From contig CAWHCW010000004.1 of the NCBI GenBank assembly GCA_963827965.1, forward strand, positions 69,029 through 133,028: DNA of 64,000 nt, read 5' to 3'. The stretch is from an uncultured Chloroflexia bacterium (GTDB taxonomy: Bacteria; Chloroflexota; Limnocylindria; Limnocylindrales; CSP1-4). This document shows, piece by piece, positions 32,557-43,029 of this stretch. A program made the position numbers and the translations under genes. The notes beneath the pieces were generated by a model that saw only the letters and a program-made list of their open reading frames with translations, was not told the DNA's origin and did no database searches. Numbering within the stretch: position 1 is the first letter of the stretch; each line of letters starts with the position of its first letter.

Positions 32557-34522
32557 GTGACGACGACCGGCCGCCCGACGCTCCGCCTCGGGACCCGCGG
32601 CAGCGCCCTCGCGCTGGCCCAGTCCGGGATGATCGTCGACGACCTCCGGGCGCTGGGCGCCTCCGTCGAGCTCGTCGTGATCCGGACGACCGGCGACGAC
32701 CGGCCCCCGAACACGGTCTGGGGCGAGGGCGCCTTCGTCAGGGCCCTCGAGGCGGCACTCCTCGACGGTCGGATCGACGTGGCGGTCCACAGCGCGAAGG
32801 ACGTCCCCACGGCCCAGGATCCCCGCCTCGCGATCGCCGCCTACCCGCCCCGCGAGGATCCGCGCGACGCGCTCGTCTGCCGCGAGCCGGGGCAGACCCT
32901 GGCGACCCTCCCCGCCGGCGCCGTGGTCGGCACCGACAGCCCGCGACGGGCCGCCTTCCTCCGCGCGCACCGCCCCGACCTGCGCACGCGGCCCCTCCAC
33001 GGCAACGTCGACACGCGCCTGCGCAAGCTCGCCGCGGGCGAGGCCGACGCGCTGGTCCTCGCCGTCGCCGGGCTGAAGCGGCTCGGCCTGGCCGACCGGA
33101 TCAGCGAGACGCTCGCGCTCCGACGTCGCCCTGCCGGCGCCCGGGCAGGGAGCGCTTGCGATCGAGGTGCGCGCCGACGACCCGATCGCGCGCCCGCTCG
33201 TCGCCCGTCTCGACGACCCGTCCACCCGGGCGGCCGTGGAGGCCGAGCGAGCCTTCCTCCGGTCCAGCGGCGGCGGCTGCCGGGCTCCGCTCGGGGCGCT
33301 GGCGACGGTCGACGGCGACACCATCACCATCCGCGGGGCGGCCGCGGCCGAGGGCGGCGTCCCCGAGGGTGACGCCCCGCCCACGCTGGCGGCCCTGGCC
33401 CCGGGGACCACGTTCACGGGCGCCGCGGACGCCACCCTCCCGGCGCCGTTCGTCGCGTGGGGCGAGCGGCGCGGCCCGGTCGCGGACCGGGCCGTCCTCG
33501 CCGCGGAGCTGGCCGACGAGCTCGCGGCGCGACTGGCCGTCGACCGGGCGGCGGCACGGGCTGGCGATCAGGCGGTCGCCCTCGACGCGCCGGATCCGGG
33601 CGCAGCCGATCCGCCGGAGACGCTGCGGCGAGCGACGCCCCGCGTCCTCGTCACGCGCGAACCAGGCCGGCCCGGCGTCCTCGCCGGAGAGCTGCGGGCG
33701 CGCGGGATCGAGCCGGTCGTCATCCCCACGATCGAGCTGCGGCCGGCGGTGCCCGGCGGCGCCCTGGACGCCGCGGTCGCCGACCTGCCGTCGTACGCCT
33801 GGGTCGTCGTCACGAGCGCCGCCGGCGCCGATGCCCTCGCCGACGCCGTCGGGCGCACCGGCGGCGACCTCTCGACCGCGCGCCTGGCCGCCGTCGGGAC
33901 GGCAACCGCGGACGCGCTTGCGCCGCCGCGGCGCCCGGGCGTCCTTCGTGCCGCGCCGCACGACGGGCGGGGGCATCGGCGACGAGCTGCCGGTCGCACC
34001 TGGCGAGCGCGTCCTCCTGGCCCGGGCGGACGCCGCCGACGGCGCGCTCCCGGCCCTCCTGCGCGCGCGCGGCGCCGTCGTGGACGAGGTCGCGGCCTAC
34101 CACACGGTCGAGGCGCCGGAGGGTGCCCGGCGACCGCTCCGCGCCCTCTTCGCCGACGGCGGCGTCGACGCGATCGTCTTCACGAGCGGATCGACGGTCC
34201 GGGGGCTCCTGGCCCTCCTGCCGCCGGCGGAGCGACGCGCGGCCCTCGCGCACGCCGGCCTGCTGCATCGGGCCGTCGACCGGGGCGGCCGCCCGCGACG
34301 GCCGGCTTCGCCCGGGTGGCGGAGGCCACCGTCCAGTCCGCCGCGTCGCTCGCCAACCTCGTCGCCGCCGTCCTTGGCCGCGGTGCCGGGGGCGCCGCGA
34401 CCGCCGTCACCGCGACTGCCATCCCTGCCCGGGCTGCCGTCCCCGACCCGACCACCCCGGCGCCTGCCGTTCCAGCCATCGCCGGCGCCCCGGCGCCCGC
34501 TTCCAGCGAGGAACCCCGATGA
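32557..34522 (+). CDS. hemC: Porphobilinogen deaminase (HemC) continuing without a stop into uroporphyrinogen-III synthase (HemD); apparent fusion, frameshifted as given
   Basis: HemC blocks [71 protein letters not shown]. Same frame (track ORF 33167-34522) continues into HemD blocks [55 protein letters not shown]. About four frame hops. Confidence 0.8.
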
Positions 34523-35514
34523 CATCCATCCCCGCCGCCGGCCACCGCCTTCGGCGGACCCGCCGCACCCCCGCGCTGCGGGCGCTGGTGCGCGAGACGC
34601 GGCTCCACCCGGCGATGCTGGTCGCGCCGCTCTTCGTGGTGCCCGGGCGCGGCGGCCGGACGCCCATCTCCTCGCTGGCGGGGCAGTTCCGGCTGACGCC
34701 CGACGAGGCGGTGCGCGAGGCGCGACGCCTCGCCGCGCTCGGCGTCGGCGGGGTCATCGTCTTCGGCCTGCCGGCGGCCAAGGACGCCGTCGGGACGGGC
34801 GCCTGGATCGCCGACGGGATCGTCCAGGAGACGGTCCGCACGCTCCGCGACGCCGACCTCGACCTCGTGGTCATGGCCGACACCTGCCTCTGCGAGTACA
34901 CCGACCACGGCCACTGCGGGCCCCTGCTGCCCGACGGCCGGGTCGACAACGACGCCGCGATCGCTCTCCTCGCCCAGACGGCCGTCTCCCAGGCCGAGGC
35001 CGGCGCCGACGTGGTCGCGCCCTCGGCGATGATGGACGGCCAGGTCGCCGCGATCCGGGCCGGGCTCGACGCGGCCGGCCACCACGAGGTCCCGATCCTC
35101 GCCTACGCGGCCAAGACCGCTTCCGCGTACTACGGCCCGTTCCGCGAGGCCGCCGACTCGGCGCCCGCCTTCGGCGACCGGCGGGGCTACCAGATGGACC
35201 CCGCGAACGCCCGCGAGGCGCTCCGCGAGATGGCCGCCGACGTGGACGAGGGCGCCGACATGCTGCTCGTCAAGCCGGCCCTGCCCTCGCTCGACATCCT
35301 GGCCCGCGCCCGCGAGCGCTTCGATCTGCCGATCGGCGCCTACCAGGTGAGCGGCGAGCACGCCCAGATCGCGGCTGCCGCCGAGCGAGGCTGGATCGAC
35401 GGCCGGCGCACGCAGCTGGAGGCGCTCACCTCGATCGTCCGCGCCGGCGCCTCCTTCGTCATCACCTACGCCGCGGCGGACGTCGCGACCTGGCTCCGGG
35501 AGGAGAACCGATGA
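34519..35514 (+). CDS. hemB: Porphobilinogen synthase (delta-aminolevulinate dehydratase), Zn-type
   Basis: ATG at 34519 overlaps the upstream stop (ATGA). Intact. Blocks [32 protein letters not shown] (Cys-rich Zn site), [28 protein letters not shown]. Confidence 0.95.
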   Translation: MTSIPAAGHRLRRTRRTPALRALVRETRLHPAMLVAPLFVVPGRGGRTPISSLAGQFRLTPDEAVREARRLAALGVGGVIVFGLPAAKDAVGTGAWIADGIVQETVRTLRDADLDLVVMADTCLCEYTDHGHCGPLLPDGRVDNDAAIALLAQTAVSQAEAGADVVAPSAMMDGQVAAIRAGLDAAGHHEVPILAYAAKTASAYYGPFREAADSAPAFGDRRGYQMDPANAREALREMAADVDEGADMLLVKPALPSLDILARARERFDLPIGAYQVSGEHAQIAAAAERGWIDGRRTQLEALTSIVRAGASFVITYAAADVATWLREENR

Positions 35515-36812
35515 TCGCGCCCGACGCCGGCCGGATGGCCGACCTGCGCGCCCGGGCCGAGGGGCTCTTCCCCGGCGGCGTCAACAGCCCCGTCCGGGCA
35601 TTCCGCTCCGTGGGGCGGGCGCCGCTCGTCCTCGACGCCGGGGCCGGCCCGCGCGTCCGCGACGCCGACGGCCGCTGGTACCTCGACTACATCGGCTCGT
35701 GGGGGCCGGCGATCCTGGGGCACGCCCACCCCACGGTCGTCGAGGCCGTCCGCGCGGCGGCGCTCGACGGCTTCGCCCTCGGCGCGACCGGCCCCCGCGA
35801 GGTGGAGCTGGGCGAGCTGATCCGGGCGGCCATGCCGTCGCTGGAGCGGATGCGCTTCACGTCGTCCGGCACCGAGGCCGCGATGAGCGCGATCCGCCTC
35901 GCCCGCGGCGCCACCGGGCGCGACCTGGTCGTGAAGTTCAGCGGCGGCTACCACGGCCACAGCGACGGGCTCCTCGTCGAGGCCGGGTCGGGGGTCGCCA
36001 CGCTGGCGATCCCCGGCAGCGCCGGCGTCCCGGCGTCCACCGCCGCCGCGACGATCGTGGTCCCCTACAACGACCCGGACGCGGTGGCAGCCGCCTTCGC
36101 GGCCCATCCCGGCCAGATCGCCGCCGTCATCGTGGAGCCCGTCGCCGCGAACGCCGGCGTGCTCCCGCCGGCGCCGGGCTTCCTGGCCCGGCTCCGGGAG
36201 ATCACGGCCGGCGACGGCGCGCTGCTCGTCTTCGACGAGGTGATCACCGGGTTCCGCGTCGGCCCCGGCGGCGCCCAGGAGCGCTACGCCATCCGGCCCG
36301 ACCTCACCGTCCTCGGCAAGATCGTCGGCGGCGGGATGCCGGTCGGGGCCTACGGCGGTCGGGCCGACCTCATGGCCCTCGTCGCGCCCTCCGGCCCCGT
36401 CTACCAGGCCGGCACGCTCTCCGGCCACCCGCTGGCGATGGCCGCCGGGGCGGCGACGCTCCGGCTCCTGGGGCCCGCCAGCTACGACGCCCTCGAGGCG
36501 TTCGGCGCCCGCCTGGAAGCCGGGCTCCGTGCCGCGGCGGCGGCGGCCGGCACGCCGGTGGGGATCACCCGCGTCGGCTCGCTCCTCACGGTCTTCTTCC
36601 GCGACGGCGCCCCGACGACGGCCGAGGAGGCCTTCACGGCCGACCGCGCTGCCTACGCCCGCTTCTTCGGAGCGATGCTCGACGCCGGCGTCCTCCTGGC
36701 CCCTTCGCAGTTCGAGGCCTGGTTCATCTCTCTCGCCCACGGCGAGGCCGAGCTCGACGAGACGCTCCGGGCGGCGGCGGTGGCCTTCGCGGCGGTGGAG
36801 GCTGGCCGGTGA
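35511..36812 (+). CDS. hemL: Glutamate-1-semialdehyde 2,1-aminomutase
   Basis: ATG at 35511 overlaps the upstream stop. Intact 433 aa. Blocks [69 protein letters not shown]. Confidence 0.95.
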   Translation: MIAPDAGRMADLRARAEGLFPGGVNSPVRAFRSVGRAPLVLDAGAGPRVRDADGRWYLDYIGSWGPAILGHAHPTVVEAVRAAALDGFALGATGPREVELGELIRAAMPSLERMRFTSSGTEAAMSAIRLARGATGRDLVVKFSGGYHGHSDGLLVEAGSGVATLAIPGSAGVPASTAAATIVVPYNDPDAVAAAFAAHPGQIAAVIVEPVAANAGVLPPAPGFLARLREITAGDGALLVFDEVITGFRVGPGGAQERYAIRPDLTVLGKIVGGGMPVGAYGGRADLMALVAPSGPVYQAGTLSGHPLAMAAGAATLRLLGPASYDALEAFGARLEAGLRAAAAAAGTPVGITRVGSLLTVFFRDGAPTTAEEAFTADRAAYARFFGAMLDAGVLLAPSQFEAWFISLAHGEAELDETLRAAAVAFAAVEAGR

Positions 36813-37933
36813 CGACCGGGCCCGTGACCTCCGAACCGGCGCCGGCGGGGACAACCGCGGCGGCGGCGACAACCGCTGCCGCACCCACGACGGCCGATCC
36901 GCGCGCGACGCGCTACCTGCGCGCCTGTCGGCGCGAACCGGTGGACGTCACCCCGATCTGGTTCATGCGCCAGGCCGGACGCGCGCTCCCGGAGTACCGG
37001 GCCATTCGCGAGCGGGCCACGCTCGTCGAGATCACCCGCGATGCGCCGCTCTGCGCCGAGGTCACCCTCCAGCCGGTCCGCCGGCTCGGCGTGGACGCCG
37101 CGATCCTCTTCGCCGACATCACCACGCCGCTCGCCGGCCTGGGCGTCGACTTCGAGATCGTGGAGGGGCGCGGTCCCGTCGTCGGGGCCCCGATCCGGTC
37201 CGCGGCCGACGTCGCGCGCCTCCGCCCCTTCGAGCCGGCCGCGGCGGTCGGCCCGCTCCTGGACGCCATCGGGCTGATCCGCGCCGCGTCGCCGGTCCCG
37301 CTCATCGGCTTCGCCGGGGCGCCGTTCACGCTCGCCTGCTACCTCGTCGAGGGCGGCCCGTCGCGCGACTTCCTGCGGACGAAGACGTTCATGCACGCCG
37401 AGCCGGACGCCTGGGCCGCCCTGATGGACGCCCTCGCGGAGATGACGATCCGCTACCTCGGCGCGCAGGTGGCCGCCGGGGCGCAGGCCGTCCAGGTCTT
37501 CGACTCGTGGGTCGGCGGCCTGTCGCCCCGCGACTACGCGCGCTCCGTTGCCCCGTGGATGGCCCGGATCTTCGACGCCGTGCGCCCGCTCGGCGTGCCG
37601 GCGACCCATTTCGGGATCGACACGGCGGGGCTCCTCCGGCTGCAGGCCGCGGCCGGCGGCGACGTGATCGGCCTGGACTGGCGGATCGACCTCGCCGACG
37701 GCTGGTCCCAGGTCGGGGACCGCGCCGTCCAGGGCAACCTGGACCCGGCGCTCCTCCTCGGGCCCTTCGAGGCGGTCGCCGACCAGGCGCGCGCGATCCT
37801 CGACGCGGCCGGCGGGCGGCCGGGCCACGTCTTCAACCTCGGGCACGGCGTCCTCCCGGGCACCGACCCGGACGCGCTGGCCCGCCTCGTGGACCTGGTC
37901 CACGCCCACGCCCCGGGGAGGGGTCCCGGATGA
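36809..37933 (+). CDS. hemE: Uroporphyrinogen decarboxylase
   Basis: GTG at 36809 overlaps the upstream stop. Intact. Blocks TPIWFMRQAGRALPEY, ILFADITTPL, GFAGAPFTLACYLVEGG, QVFDSWVG, VFNLGHGV. Confidence 0.95.
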   Translation: MTTGPVTSEPAPAGTTAAAATTAAAPTTADPRATRYLRACRREPVDVTPIWFMRQAGRALPEYRAIRERATLVEITRDAPLCAEVTLQPVRRLGVDAAILFADITTPLAGLGVDFEIVEGRGPVVGAPIRSAADVARLRPFEPAAAVGPLLDAIGLIRAASPVPLIGFAGAPFTLACYLVEGGPSRDFLRTKTFMHAEPDAWAALMDALAEMTIRYLGAQVAAGAQAVQVFDSWVGGLSPRDYARSVAPWMARIFDAVRPLGVPATHFGIDTAGLLRLQAAAGGDVIGLDWRIDLADGWSQVGDRAVQGNLDPALLLGPFEAVADQARAILDAAGGRPGHVFNLGHGVLPGTDPDALARLVDLVHAHAPGRGPG

Positions 37934-38900
37934 CCGTCGACGCCGTCCTGCTCATGGCCTACGGGAGCCCCGACCGGCTCGACCAGGTGGAGGCCTACTA
38001 CACCGACATCCGGCGCGGGAACCCGCCGCCGCCCCACCTCCTCGAGGAGCTGCTGGGACGGTACCGGGCGATCGGCGGCGGCTCGCCGCTCTCGCGGATC
38101 GTCGAGCTCCAGCGGGCGGCCGTGGAGGCCGAGCTGGCCCGCCGCGGGCGCCCCGTGCGCGTGTACGCGGGGATGCGCCACATCGAGCCGCGGATCGGCC
38201 ACGGTCGTGGAGCGGATGGCCGCGGACGGCGTGGAGCGGCTTCGTCGCGATCGCCCTGGCGCCGCAGCGCTCGTCGAACGCCGCGGGCTACCGCCGCGCG
38301 GTCGACGCCGCGCTCGCACGGGCTCGGCGACGGCGCCCCGGCCGTGACCTTCGTCGACTCGTGGTACGACCAGCCGCGCTTCATCGACGCCCTGGCGGGG
38401 ACGACGGCCGAGGCGCTGCGCCGCTTCCCGGACCCGGCCGGGTCCGCGTCATGTTCACCGCCCACAGCCTCCCGGCCCGCGTCGTGGCGGACGGCGACAC
38501 CTACCCGGACGAGCTGGCCGGGACCGCCGCGCTCGTGGCGCACCAGCTCGGCCTGGCCACCTACGACTTCGCCTTCCAGAGCGCCGGCCGGACCGGCGAG
38601 CCGTGGCTGGGGCCCGACATCCTCGATGAGATCCGCCGGCTCGCGTGCCGAGGGGGTGCGCGAGCTGGTGATCCGCCCGGTCGGCTTCGTCGCCGACCAC
38701 CTCGAGGTGCTCTACGACATCGACATCGAGGCCCAGGCGGTTGCCCGCGGCGCCGGCATCCGCCTCGAGCGCGCGCGCTCCATGAACGACGATCCCACCT
38801 TCATCGCCGGCCTCGCCGACCTCGCCGAGGCAGCCCTGCCCCGGGCCGTGGTGCCGCCCTACGCGGTGCCGCACCCGCGCCCGCCCCATCAGCCAGCTGA
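37930..38900 (+). CDS. hemH: Ferrochelatase, coproporphyrin-type context (HemH/CpfC) (frameshifted as given; stop inferred)
   Basis: ATG at 37930 overlaps the hemE stop. AVLLMAYGSPD, YRAIGGGSPL, VMFTAHSLPARV (track ORF 38361-38900), YDFAFQSAGRTGEPWLGPD, LVIRPVGFVADHLEVLYDIDIE. About four frame hops. The final conserved frame has no stop; a TGA at 38898-38900 lies in a neighbouring frame. Confidence 0.85.
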
Positions 38901-38921
38901 CCGCACGAGGAAGCATCTCCC

Positions 38922-40111
38922 ATGGTCGAGACGCAGCGTCCCCCGTCCCATCCCGGCGGCCATCCCGGCGGTCATCCGGGCGGTCATCCGGGCGGCCATC
39001 CCGGCGCCCTTCCCGGCGTCGGCGCCGTCAAGCCGCGCGGCCTCGTCTACGACCGCGCCCCGATGCTCGTCTACTGGGAGACGACGCTGGCCTGCGGCCT
39101 CGCCTGCCGCCATTGCCGCGCCGACGGCCGAGCCCGAGCGCAGCCCGCTCGAGCTCACGACCGACGAAGGGCGCGTTCTCCTCGACCGGATCCTCGGCTT
39201 CGGCGACCCCCTCCCGCACGTCGTCTTCACCGGCGGCGACCCGCTCCGCCGGCCGGATCTCGAGGAGCTCGTCGCGGCCGCGACCGAGCGCGGGATCGGC
39301 GCCTCGCTGGCGCCCGCCGTGACGCCCGACCTGACGAAGGAGCGGCTCGCCTCGCTCCAGGCCGCCGGGATCCAGACGATCTCGCTCAGCCTCGACGGCT
39401 CCACGCCCGCGCGCCACGACGGCCTGCGGGGCGTCGACGGGACCTTCGAGATGACGATGCGGGCCGCCGAGTGGGCCCACGACCTCGGGCTCCCGATCCA
39501 GGTCAACACCCTCGTCACCGACACGACGCTCGACGACCTGCCGGCCGTCTACGAGACGGTGAGCACGATGGGGATCCTGCGCTGGAGCCTCTTCTTCCTC
39601 ATCTCGGTCGGGCGCGGCAGCGTCCTCCGGGAGATCACGCCGGCCCAGTCGGAGCGGCTCTTCCACTGGCTCTACGACCTCTCGAAGGAGGGCCGCTTCC
39701 AGATCAAGACGACCGAGGCGACCCACTACCGGCGCGTCGCGATCCGGGCGATGGAGGCCGAGGGGATGACCGAGGAGGAGATCGCGCGGACGTCGGTCGG
39801 GCGCGGCTTCGGGATCCGCGACGGCAACGGGATCATGTTCGTCAACCACGACGGGAACGTCTTCCCGTCCGGGTTCCTGCCGGTCGCCGTGGGCAACGTC
39901 CGCACCGACGACCTGGTGGCGCTCTACCGGGAGCACCCGACGTTCACCGCCCTCCGCGACACGACGCAGTACAAGGGCCGCTGCGGGATCTGCCCGTTCG
40001 TCGACCGTTGCGGCGGCTCGCGGGCCCGGGCCTTCGCCTGGACCGGCGACGTCCTCGAGACCGACCCGCTCTGCCCGTTCGTCCCGACGGCGACCGAGGA
40101 GACGCGGGCGG
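38922..40111 (+). CDS. Radical SAM protein with C-terminal SPASM-like Cys cluster, embedded in the haem operon (AhbD/NirJ-like architecture); stop not seen in frame
   Basis: ATG at 38922. Radical-SAM CX3CX2C in WETTLACGLACRHCRA. VVFTGGDPLRRPD, ISLSLDGSTPARHDGLRGVDGTF, QVNTLVT, IMFVNHDGNVFPSGFLP, then KGRCGICPFVDRCGGSRARAF..DPLCPF. Frame hop near 39125. The frame runs on into hemY without a stop. Confidence 0.8.
38949..39008 (+). repeat. 12-bp in-frame tandem repeat x5 (His-Pro-Gly-Gly) at the N-terminus of the radical SAM gene
   Basis: catcccggcggc / catcccggcggt / catccgggcggt / catccgggcggc / catcccggcgcc encodes HPGGHPGGHPGGHPGGHPGA. Confidence 0.9.
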
Positions 40112-41604
40112 ATGGGCGCGACGGACAACGGCGGCGCGGTCGTCGTCGGCGGCGGGATCACCGGCCTGGCGGCCGCCTACCACCTGGCCCGGGCCGGCGT
40201 GCCCGTCGTGCTCGTCGAGGCGTCGGAGCGGCTCGGCGGCAAGATCCGGACGGAACGGATCGACGGCTTCCTGGTCGAGGCCGGGCCCGACTCGTTCATC
40301 GCCTACCGGCCGGCCGCGACGGAGCTGAGCCGCGAGCTCGGCCTCGGCGACGCGATCATCCGGACGACCGACCCGCGCCTGGTCGACATCCGGGCCCGCG
40401 GGGAGATGATCCCGATGCCCGACGGGATGGGCCTCGTCCTCCCGACGAGGATGGCGCCCTTCGTGACGACGCGCCTCTTCTCGTGGCCCCAGAAGCTGCG
40501 GGCCGGTCTCGACCTGGTGCTGCCGCGCTGGCTCGACGGCGAAGACGTCTCGATCGGGGCATTCCTCCGCCACCGGCTCGGGGAGCGATGGTCGACCGCC
40601 TGGCGGATCCGCTCCTCGGCGGCATCTACGGGGCCCCGGTCGACGAGCTGAGCCTCTTCGCGGTCGTGCCCCAGCTCCGCGAGTACGAGCGCGACCACCG
40701 GAGCCTGCTCTTCGCCAGCCTCGCCCAGGGGCGGGCGGCCCGCGCCCGGGCCCGGGCCCGCGCCACGGGGACTGCGGAACGGCCCGGCGGCTCGGGTCGG
40801 GCGGCGGCTCCGGCGGCGGCTCCGGGTCGGGCGGCGGCTCCGGGTCTCCCTTCCTCAGCCTGGCCGGCGGGATGGGGAGCCTCGTCGACGCCCTCGCCGC
40901 TCGCCGTCCGCTCCGCCCCGCAGGCCGAGATCCGGCTCGGGACCTCCGTCGTGACGCTCGAGCGGGCCGGCGCGCGCACCTCCGTGACCCTCTCCGACGG
41001 GACGCGACTGACGCCCGACGCCGTCGTCCTGGCCGGCTCGGCGGGCTCCTCGGCGGAGCTCCTTGCCGACGAGGCGCCGGCGGCCGCGACAGCGATCCGG
41101 TCGATCCCGCACGGCTCCACCGGCGTCGTGACCCTGGGCTACCGCGCGGAGGCCCTGCCGGGCCCACTCGTGGGCCACGGCTTCCTGGTCGCCGGCGACG
41201 ACCCGCTGCAGCTTCGGCGCCTGCACCTTCACGTCGTCGAAGTGGGCGGGTCGCGCGCCGAAGGACACGCTTCTCCTGCGGGCGTTCCTGCCCGAGCGGT
41301 CAGCCGCCCTGCTCGACGCGACCGACGCCGCGGTGGTGGCCGCCGTCCACGCCGACATCGCCCGGACGCTGGGCATCCGCGAGGCGCCGATCGTCCACCA
41401 CGTCGCCCGCTGGCACGAGGCGATGCCGCGCTACACGGTGGGCCACCTGGACCGGGTGGCCGCCGCCGAGGCCGCCCTCGAGGCACGGCCGGAGATCGTC
41501 CTGGCGGGTGCCGCCTTCCACGGCGTCGGCGTCCCGGATTGCATCGCCCGGGGGCAGGCGGCGGCCGAGCGGGTCATCGCGCTGGCGGAGCGGGTAGCGG
41601 GTAG
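40112..41604 (+). CDS. hemY: FAD-dependent coproporphyrinogen/protoporphyrinogen oxidase (HemY/CgoX) (frameshifted as given; stop inferred)
   Basis: ATG at 40112. VVVGGGITGLAAAYHL, EASERLGGKIRT, GFLVEAGPDSF, DRLADPLLGGIYGA, FLSLAGGMGSLVDAL, GHGFLV, HVARWHEAMPRYTVGHL, LAGAAFHGVGVPDCI. About five frame hops, including one in a Gly/Ser run at 40790-40845. TAG stops at 41595-41597 and 41602-41604 lie in the other two frames. Confidence 0.85.
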
Positions 41605-41625
41605 CCGGCGCCCTCGCCCGCTCAT

Positions 41626-41677
41626 CGCGGCAGACAGCCGCGGCAGACGGCCACGGCGGACAGCCGCGGCAGACAGC
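41626..41677. repeat. 13-bp tandem repeat x4 (CGCGGCAGACAGC and variants)
   Basis: cgcggcagacagc / cgcggcagacggc / cacggcggacagc / cgcggcagacagc, head to tail. The period is not a multiple of 3. Confidence 0.9.
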
Positions 41678-41924
41678 CCTCGCATTTCGATGCCCGTGTC
41701 CGCATCGCCAGGGCATCACCTGCGTGCGGCCGGGGCGGCGGCAGCGTGGGCGGCGGCGGCGTGGGCCGCACCCGCACGAGCGCATCGGCGCGCGGCGCGG
41801 CGGGGGGCGCCGGGGTGTCGACGCCGGGCGCGCGGCGTGGCGGGGGGCGCCGGGCCGCTGCCGGCACTCCAGAGCGCGATGATGCGCGCCCGATGCGTCC
41901 ACGGGCATCAGTTTTCGAGGCCTT

Positions 41925-42023
41925 GTTCGAGCCGCGTCGCGAGCGGCACAACGCCTCGTTCGAGCCGCGTCGCGAGCGGCACAACGCCTCGTTCGAGCCG
42001 CGTCGCGAGCGGCACACCGCCTG
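41925..42023. repeat. 33-bp tandem repeat x3, each unit containing a GCCGC-N7-GCGGC hairpin
   Basis: gttcgagccgcgtcgcgagcggcacaacgcctc at 41925, 41958 and 41991. The third copy has 2 changes. The array lies between the convergent hemY and homocysteine methyltransferase genes. Confidence 0.92.
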
Positions 42024-42045
42024 ACGGCCGACCTCGGCGTCCCGG

Positions 42046-43024
42046 TCAGCCGCCGAGGGATGCCGCCAGCTCCCTGATTCGCCCCGGACCCACCCGGCAG
42101 CAGCCGCCCACCAGGCGGGCGCCGGCCGCGACCCAGCGACGGGCCGAGTCAGAGTCCACGTCGGGACCGGTCGCCGGCAGCCAGCGCCCGGTGCCGGGCT
42201 CCCAGTCCTCGCCCGAGTTCGGGTAGACGACGACCGGCTTCGCCGTCGTTGCCGCGATCCGGGCCACCAGCTCCTCGACGTGCTCCGGCGCCGTGCAGTT
42301 CACCCCGACGGCGACGAAGCCGGGCGTGGCGTCGGCGATCGCGGCCGCCTCCTCCACCGGCGTCCCGTCGCGCAGGTGGCCCCCGTCGGCGCACGAGAGC
42401 GCGAGCCAGGCCTGGGCAAGCCGCCTCGCCCACGAGGTCGGCGAGCGCCCGGACCTCGACAAGATCGGGGATCGTCTCGCAGGCGAGGAGGTCGGGGCCG
42501 GCGCCCCAGAGGACGCGGAACCGTTCGCGGTGGAAGTCGCGCAGGGCGTCGCGGTCCAGGCCGTACCGGCCGCGGTACTCGGCGCCGTCCGCCAGGTACG
42601 CGCCGTACGGCCCGATCGAGGCGGCGACCAGGAGCGGCCCCGGGTCCGCCGGGGCCCGCTCGGCGCGGTACCGGGCGCGGGCCTCGCCGGCCAGGGCGAC
42701 GCTGCGCCGGAGGAGCGCGGCAGCCGCGTCGTGGTCGAGCCCGCGACGGGCGAAGCCCTCGAAGGTTGCCTGGTAGCTGGCCGTGATCGCGACCTGGGCC
42801 CCGGCGCGGAAGTAGGCCAGGTGGGCCGCGATGATCGCCTCGGGATCGTCGGCGAGCAGGCGCGCCGACCACAGGCCGTCGCCAAGGTCGTGGCCCGCGG
42901 CCTCCAGCTCGGTCGCGAGGCCCCCGTCGATGACGGCGACGCGGCCGCCGGCGAGCAGCTGCGCGAGCGGGCCCCGGTCGCTGGCGAGCAGCTGCGCGAG
43001 CGGGCCCCGGTCGTGGGCCGCCAT
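42046..43024 (-). CDS. Homocysteine S-methyltransferase-domain protein (MmuM/YbgG-like; same fold as the MetH Hcy-binding domain) (one frameshift as given)
   Basis: ATG at 43024. [68 protein letters not shown], then (track ORF 42046-42885) [33 protein letters not shown] (Zn-binding Cys-Cys). Frame hop near 42415. Confidence 0.88.
42947..43012 (-). repeat. 33-bp in-frame tandem duplication ([11 protein letters not shown] / [11 protein letters not shown]) at the N-terminus of the homocysteine methyltransferase
   Basis: gaccggggcccgctcgcgcagctgctcgcc occurs twice back to back on the minus strand, differing only in the 11th codon. Confidence 0.9.
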
Positions 43025-43029
43025 GCGCG

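Noticed and set aside
40790-40845. Gly/Ser-encoding repeat (GSGGGSGGGSGSGGGSGS in one frame) inside hemY as a possible inserted linker or expansion
   Set aside because: A frame hop falls inside this stretch, so it is unclear which frame is translated (the alternative reads AAAPAAAPGRAAAP). It is low-complexity GC-rich sequence and too ambiguous to interpret.
41925-42023. Possible CRISPR array (33-bp partially palindromic repeat x3)
   Set aside because: The units are directly adjacent with no spacers. There are only three copies, no leader and no cas genes in the window. It is a plain tandem repeat.
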